Below the pieces are notes generated by a model, which was not told where the DNA came from, did not search any database, and saw only the letters and a program-made list of their open reading frames with translations. A stretch of DNA of 64,000 bases. It comes from Candidatus Saganbacteria bacterium. Lineage in GTDB: Bacteria; Margulisbacteria; WOR-1; XYC2-FULL-46-14; WPAF01. The stretch covers positions 5,002 to 69,001 of the forward strand of contig JACRPM010000013.1 of assembly GCA_016223205.1 (NCBI GenBank), read 5' to 3'. Numbering within the stretch: the stretch's first letter is position 1; every line of letters starts with the position of its first letter. Shown here piece after piece: positions 59,231 to 64,000 of this stretch. Made by a program: the position numbers and the translations under genes.

Positions 59231-59773
59231 TTAGAGGTTGAAGCTCTGCAGGAACGAGCCGGTCATGTAAGCGTTGTAGCTCATGCTCCCGGTGCCGGAA
59301 GCTCTGGTATCGGGCAGCATATAGCGGGCTTCCACTCCTGCGTTAAAACCGCCGAGTGAAAAAATAAGACCGGTTTCCGCCTGCACGCCCATGGTGGAGC
59401 TGGTCAGGGGGCCCACGGTGGCGGTGTAATAGCCGATGCCCGCGCCCACATAAGGAGTAAGCATTCCCAAAAGCGACTGGCGGTAGATGAGGTCCACGGT
59501 TATCGGGGTCAAGCTGGTCTGGACGCCGGCCACGCTATAGGTGGTGGTCTCAACCGCCGCTCTAGCCGAAAGGAAACTGGTGATCGCGTATTCTGCGCCC
59601 AAACCGTACATCACCGAGGCGCTGGCGCCGACTCCCGGAGGGGAATACAATCCCGCGCGGCCCGAGACCGTAAGGTTGCCGGCGAAAGAGGGAGAGACCA
59701 AAAGGAGAAGTAACAGAATACCCGCGAATGAATTCGCGGTTAAATTTAGGCGAGAATTTATTCTCGGCTTCAT
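59231..59773 (-). CDS. outer-membrane beta-barrel protein (OmpW/OmpA-like small barrel)
   Basis: Signal peptide, alternating beta pattern and C-terminal ...SFNL ending. Confidence 0.6.
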   Translation of the reverse strand: MKPRINSRLNLTANSFAGILLLLLLVSPSFAGNLTVSGRAGLYSPPGVGASASVMYGLGAEYAITSFLSARAAVETTTYSVAGVQTSLTPITVDLIYRQSLLGMLTPYVGAGIGYYTATVGPLTSSTMGVQAETGLIFSLGGFNAGVEARYMLPDTRASGTGSMSYNAYMTGSFLQSFNL

Positions 59774-59789
59774 ATGATACCTCCTTGGC

Positions 59790-59818
59790 TTGAATTATAT
59801 CATCTTATACCATATAAT
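59790..59818 (+). promoter_or_regulatory. canonical sigma70 promoter TTGAAT-N17-TATAAT for hppA
   Basis: Hexamers at 59790-59795 and 59813-59818 with a 17-nt spacer, 38 nt upstream of ATG 59856. Confidence 0.5.
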
Positions 59819-59855
59819 GAGCAGGTTTTGCAATTTTAAGAAAGGGGAAAATAAC

Positions 59856-61865
59856 ATGTTAGCTTTGTTGTCTTTGGCCTGCGGGATCGTCGGTCTGCTG
59901 TTTTCGTTCTATCTTCTCTGGGCGGTGCTCAAAGAGCCCGCCGGGAATGCCCGTATGCAGGAGCTGTCGGGCTATATATATGAAGGGGCCATGACCTACT
60001 TAAAGAGGCAATATACCAGCATTGCCGTCTTTATGGTGGTGGTCTTTGCCGCGATCGCTTATTTCGTTAATATCTATGTGGCGGCGGCCTATGTGGGCGG
60101 CGGCCTGTTCTCCATGCTGGCGGGATTTATCGGCATGAGCTCCGCCACCCGCGCCAATGTGCGCACTACCGCGGCGGCCGAGACCAAAAACCAGGGGCGC
60201 GCTTTGGGCACGGCCTTTAAGGGCGGCGCGGTAATGGGGATGGCAGTGGCCAGCTTGGGCGTGATCGGATTGGTGCTCATTTGGCTATTATTCCCGACCG
60301 CAGCGCAAAGAGCGCTGGTGGTTACCGGATTTTCCATGGGAGCTTCTTCTATCGCGCTGTTCGCCAGGGTGGGCGGCGGCATTTACACCAAATCCGCCGA
60401 TGTGGGAGCGGACCTGGTAGGCAAAGTGGAAGCCGGCATTCCCGAAGACGATCCGCGCAATCCCGCGGTCATTGCCGACAACGTGGGGGACAACGTGGGG
60501 GATGTGGCGGGGATGGGCGCCGATCTTTTCGAATCTTATGTGGGCTCCGTGGTGGCGACCATCGCTTTGGGCGCTTTGATCGTGACCAACACTTTCAATT
60601 GGATGATCCTGCCTTTGGTCTTGATCGCGGCGGGCACTATCGCCTCGCTGTTCGGCGTCATCTTCCTCAATTTTATCCAAAATATCAATCCCCAGGCGGC
60701 TCTGCGCTACGCGACTTATGTGGCCATGGGACTTTTCATCATTGCGGCGTATTTTATCAATCAATACATCCTGCCCGGACAGCTGGGCGTCTATTGGGCG
60801 ATCCTTTCCGGGATTTTGGTAGGCATGGCGGTGGGCCTGCTTTCCGAATTCTACACTTCCGGCAAGACGGTCGAGGGTTTGGCCAACTCCGCCAAGACCG
60901 GCGCGGCTACCACCATCATAACCGGCCTGGCGATAGGCATGAAGAGCACGGCCTTCCCCATGCTTTCCATTTGCGCGGCTATCCTCATCTCCTATAATTT
61001 TGCCGGGCTTTACGGGGTGGCCATTTCCGCGGTGGGGATGCTCGGCACCATCGGCATCATCATGTCGGTCGATGCCTACGGGCCGATCGCCGATAACGCC
61101 GGCGGCATCGCCACCATGTCCAATCTTCCTCCCGAGGTCCGCCATATCACCGACAAGCTGGATTCACTGGGCAATACCACCGCAGCGATCGGCAAAGGAT
61201 TTGCCATCGGCTCCGCCGCCTTAACGGCGTTGGCCTTATTCGCGGCTTACACCCAAACCATCGGCATTTCGGTAATAAATCTATTGGATGCCCGCGTGGT
61301 GGTGGGCTTCTTTATCGGGGCGCTCATGCCGTTCGTCTTTTCCGCCTGGACGATGCAGGCGGTGGGCCGCGCGGCCTATGCTATGGTGGAGGAAGTTCGC
61401 CGCCAGTTCCGCGAGATCAAGGGACTGATGGAAGGCAAAGCCAAACCCGAGATCAATAAATGCGTGGATATCTCGACCAAAGCCGCGCTTAAGGAAATGC
61501 TGGTGCCGGGGATCTCCGCAGTGATAGTACCTTTGATCGTCGGCTTATTATTGGGTCCCATCTCGCTGGGAGGTTTTTTAGCGGGCTCATTGGGAACCGG
61601 GGTCTTGCTGGCGGTGATGATGGCCAATTCCGGCGGCGCCTGGGACAACGCCAAGAAATTGATCGAGGACGGATATTTGGGCGGCAAGGGCACGCCGATC
61701 CACGCGGCGGCGGTGGTGGGGGATACGGTGGGCGATCCTTTTAAGGATACTTCCGGCCCTTCGATCAACATCCTGCTTAAACTTATGAGCATCGTGTCTT
61801 TGGTCTTCGGCGCGACCATTGCCCGTTTCCATCCGCTGATCCTGGCTCTATTCAATATTAAATGA
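59856..61865 (+). CDS. hppA: H+(or Na+)-translocating membrane pyrophosphatase
   Basis: [19 protein letters not shown] and DNVGDNVGD motifs. Start at ATG 59856 after aaagggga; the track's 59790 start lies in the promoter. Confidence 0.9.
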   Translation: MLALLSLACGIVGLLFSFYLLWAVLKEPAGNARMQELSGYIYEGAMTYLKRQYTSIAVFMVVVFAAIAYFVNIYVAAAYVGGGLFSMLAGFIGMSSATRANVRTTAAAETKNQGRALGTAFKGGAVMGMAVASLGVIGLVLIWLLFPTAAQRALVVTGFSMGASSIALFARVGGGIYTKSADVGADLVGKVEAGIPEDDPRNPAVIADNVGDNVGDVAGMGADLFESYVGSVVATIALGALIVTNTFNWMILPLVLIAAGTIASLFGVIFLNFIQNINPQAALRYATYVAMGLFIIAAYFINQYILPGQLGVYWAILSGILVGMAVGLLSEFYTSGKTVEGLANSAKTGAATTIITGLAIGMKSTAFPMLSICAAILISYNFAGLYGVAISAVGMLGTIGIIMSVDAYGPIADNAGGIATMSNLPPEVRHITDKLDSLGNTTAAIGKGFAIGSAALTALALFAAYTQTIGISVINLLDARVVVGFFIGALMPFVFSAWTMQAVGRAAYAMVEEVRRQFREIKGLMEGKAKPEINKCVDISTKAALKEMLVPGISAVIVPLIVGLLLGPISLGGFLAGSLGTGVLLAVMMANSGGAWDNAKKLIEDGYLGGKGTPIHAAAVVGDTVGDPFKDTSGPSINILLKLMSIVSLVFGATIARFHPLILALFNIK

Positions 61866-61872
61866 ATATGAA

Positions 61873-62730
61873 ATGATCGGAAAATTCAGGGAGATCCAAA
61901 AAACCCTTATCCAGATCCTGATATTGAACTGGGGCGTGGCCATTGCCAAGATCGTCGTGGGATCCATGTTCGGGGTTTATTCCATGGTGGCCGACGGCTT
62001 CCACTCTTTCTCCGATGGCAGTAGCAACATCATCGGCCTGGTGGGACTTAATGCCGCCAGCAAACCCACCGATGAGGAACATCCTTACGGCCACAAGAAA
62101 ATAGAGAGCTTTACCGCGCTCGGCATCATAGTGCTTTTGCTTTTGGTCTGCTACGAGATGGGCGAAGCCGCCCTGCGCCGCCTTTTTGATCCCGCCGTTC
62201 CGGAGGCCAATCTTTTGACTTTTACGGTGATGATCATTACCATGGCGGTGAATTATTTCGTCATGACCTCCGAGCACCGGAGGGGCAAGGAACTAAAAAG
62301 CGATATCTTGGTATCGGATTCCTTGCACACCAAAAGCGACATTTATACTTCCTTTTCGGTTTTGATCTCGCTTTTTGCCATCCGCCTGGGATTCCCGATG
62401 GTCGATACCCTGGCGACCTTCCTGATCATCGGGTTCATCCTGTGGGCGGCCTTCAATATCGCGCGCGAGGTGTTCAACGTGCTGGTGGATAGGGCGGTGG
62501 TGGACCGCAAAAAGATCGAGCAGTTAGTGACGGCCATCCCCAATGTCAGGGTTTGCCATAAGATCCGGACGCGGGGCCGCACCGACGATATCCATATGGA
62601 CCTGCATCTCTGCGTGGATAAATCCATGAGCGTGGAAGAATCGCATCGGCTTTCCCATCTGGTCCAGTCCGAGATCAAGACCAAGATCCCCGGGGTGACC
62701 GACGTCATCATCCACATCGAGCCCTGCTAA
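61873..62730 (+). CDS. cation diffusion facilitator family transporter (second copy)
   Basis: CDF TM domain with HSFSD and HxxxD motifs plus a C-terminal domain. Confidence 0.8.
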   Translation: MIGKFREIQKTLIQILILNWGVAIAKIVVGSMFGVYSMVADGFHSFSDGSSNIIGLVGLNAASKPTDEEHPYGHKKIESFTALGIIVLLLLVCYEMGEAALRRLFDPAVPEANLLTFTVMIITMAVNYFVMTSEHRRGKELKSDILVSDSLHTKSDIYTSFSVLISLFAIRLGFPMVDTLATFLIIGFILWAAFNIAREVFNVLVDRAVVDRKKIEQLVTAIPNVRVCHKIRTRGRTDDIHMDLHLCVDKSMSVEESHRLSHLVQSEIKTKIPGVTDVIIHIEPC

Positions 62731-63086
62731 AAGATCAGCATCTGCAGGGCGATCAAAAGCAGGTATACCGCGAATATCTTTTTAAGCCAGAGGTCGGGGA
62801 CGGGCTGGGCAAAGACCGCTCCGATCCAGGCGCCGATAAAAAAGCCCACCGCCAGCAATAACGCGAATTTAAGATTAACATTTCCGGTCTGCCAATATTT
62901 GATGACCGCTAAAAGCCCTACCGGCAAAAGCAAGGCCGCCAAAGAGGTGCCCTGCGCCAGGTGCTGGGACGATCTGTATATAATGATAAGGGCGGGGATC
63001 AAGATGGTGGCTCCGCCAACTCCCAAAAATCCGCTCAAGGTTCCCGCGACTGCGCCGATAGCCAAAAGACCCAGGATCTCCATCAT
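62727..63086 (-). CDS. TauE/SafE (TSUP, DUF81) half-size membrane protein
   Basis: Four TM segments with a GVGGA motif; about half the normal TSUP length. Confidence 0.55.
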   Translation of the reverse strand: MMEILGLLAIGAVAGTLSGFLGVGGATILIPALIIIYRSSQHLAQGTSLAALLLPVGLLAVIKYWQTGNVNLKFALLLAVGFFIGAWIGAVFAQPVPDLWLKKIFAVYLLLIALQMLIF

Positions 63087-63520
63087 TTAAGAAGTTCACG
63101 GACGAACTGGTTCACTTTTCCGCCGTCTATCCCGGGATGCTTGCCCATCACGGCCTTAATGACCTTGCCCATCTCTTTGGCGGAAGTTGCTCCGGTCTCG
63201 GAAATGGCGGCTTGGACTGCGGCTTTGACCTCGTCATCTGAAAGTTGTTTGGGCAGGTACTCGGAGACGATGGTTAATTCTTTTTCCGATTGCACCGCGG
63301 CATCCGGGCGGTTTACTCTTTTCATTTCTTCGATCGTTTCCTTAAGCTCCTTACCGTATTTGGCTACGATCTTCAATACCTCGGCATCCGGCAGGTCGCC
63401 CCGGGCGTTGACATAAAGGACCCGGCTCTTCACCATGCGTAAGACCGAGAGCCGCTGTTCGTTCTTTTCTTTTAATGCTTTTTGCAGGTCGGAATTTATC
63501 TTTTCAAATAGTGTGGCCAA
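63083..63520 (-). CDS. yqeY: GatB/YqeY domain protein
   Basis: YqeY-like sequence throughout. Confidence 0.8.
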   Translation of the reverse strand: MATLFEKINSDLQKALKEKNEQRLSVLRMVKSRVLYVNARGDLPDAEVLKIVAKYGKELKETIEEMKRVNRPDAAVQSEKELTIVSEYLPKQLSDDEVKAAVQAAISETGATSAKEMGKVIKAVMGKHPGIDGGKVNQFVRELLK

Positions 63521-63522
63521 TT

Positions 63523-64000
63523 TTATCCTCCTTTGACCTTAGCGATGATGGCATCCGCCATCTCTGATGTGCCGACGGCAGAAGGGTCGTCGCGGTGGGG
63601 TTTTAGATCGTAAGTCACGCTTTTTCCTTCGGCGATGACCGCAGCGACCGCGTTCTGGAGCTTCCGGGCGGCATCTTTTTCTCCCAGATAATCCAGCATC
63701 AAGACCGCAGAGAGTATCAAAGCCACCGGATTCACCTTATTCAATCCTTTATACTTGGGGGCGCTGCCGTGGATGGCCTCAAAAACTGCCAGGCCCTCGC
63801 CGATGTTGGCGCCGGGAGCCACGCCCAATCCACCGATCAGCCCCGCGCACAGGTCGGATAAGATATCGCCGTAGAGATTGGGCAGGCAGAGCACATCGTA
63901 AAGCTCCGGCTTCTGCACCAATTGCATGCACATGTTGTCGATGAGCCGTTCTTCGTATTCTATTTTCCCCTCATATCCCTTGGCCACTTCCCGCGCCGCG
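63523..64000 (-). CDS. isocitrate/3-isopropylmalate dehydrogenase family protein (C-terminal part; N-terminus beyond window end)
   Basis: NLYGDILSD motif and a conserved C-terminal region; ORF runs off the window edge. Confidence 0.8.
   Translation of the reverse strand, partial: AAREVAKGYEGKIEYEERLIDNMCMQLVQKPELYDVLCLPNLYGDILSDLCAGLIGGLGVAPGANIGEGLAVFEAIHGSAPKYKGLNKVNPVALILSAVLMLDYLGEKDAARKLQNAVAAVIAEGKSVTYDLKPHRDDPSAVGTSEMADAIIAKVKGG

Noticed and set aside
60281-61145. ORFs on both strands inside hppA
   Set aside because: hppA is unambiguous; overlapping frames are GC-driven artefacts.

Overview
This 64-kb window is moderately GC-rich (about 55%) bacterial chromosome with an outer membrane, probably from an uncultivated lineage. 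It is mostly core metabolism, interrupted by several small accessory insertions of lower GC.

Gene content in order:
- **Phosphate block (about 0-11.6 kb):** ndk, a TPM/LemA pair, and pepA-phoB-phoR followed by a complete pstSCAB-pstB2-phoU operon. A secreted hypothetical gene is fused to the end of that operon.
- **11.6-23.3 kb:** metG, tatD, orphan T2SS/T4P-like gspF and pseudopilin genes, and an oppABCDF-type peptide transporter. A 3.2-kb accessory island splits oppA from oppBCDF. It holds two hypothetical genes with an identical promoter and 17-nt leader, and a nucleotidyltransferase plus methyltransferase-like cassette bracketed by 125-bp direct repeats.
- **Central-carbon cluster (23.3-32.4 kb):** two tandem Mu Com-like zinc-ribbon genes, a long class II aldolase-family protein, a class III fructose-1,6-bisphosphatase, iPGM and a probably PPi-dependent PFK. 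An H+-PPase (hppA) lies further along, near 59.9-61.9 kb.
- **32.4-41.3 kb:** lpdA and a radical SAM gene on the minus strand, then a plus-strand operon of two unknown proteins, then gatCAB.
- **41.3-48.2 kb:** a cell-surface glycosylation gene set, tsaD, a bile-salt-hydrolase-like Ntn hydrolase, msrB and a four-helix-bundle gene.
- **48.3-54.5 kb:** sixA, msrA, a tautomerase, a Gdt1-type transporter, trkHA and a pabB-like gene.
- **54.6-64 kb:** an AT-rich type II restriction-modification island next to a tRNA-like fragment, two CDF transporters, a GNAT pair, an outer-membrane beta-barrel protein, hppA, yqeY and a partial isocitrate/isopropylmalate dehydrogenase.

Recurring sequence-level themes:
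- A REP-like palindrome family (CCCTCTCCA-N5-6-TGGAGAGGG) occurs intergenically and once in-frame inside a gene.
- Other in-frame repeat insertions lie in tsaD and the radical SAM gene.
- Two separate long direct-repeat pairs (125 bp and about 83 bp) bracket inserted lower-GC genes.
- A promoter-like motif (TGAAATTT-N-GATAWW) recurs in front of many genes.

No rRNA, intact tRNA or CRISPR array was seen.
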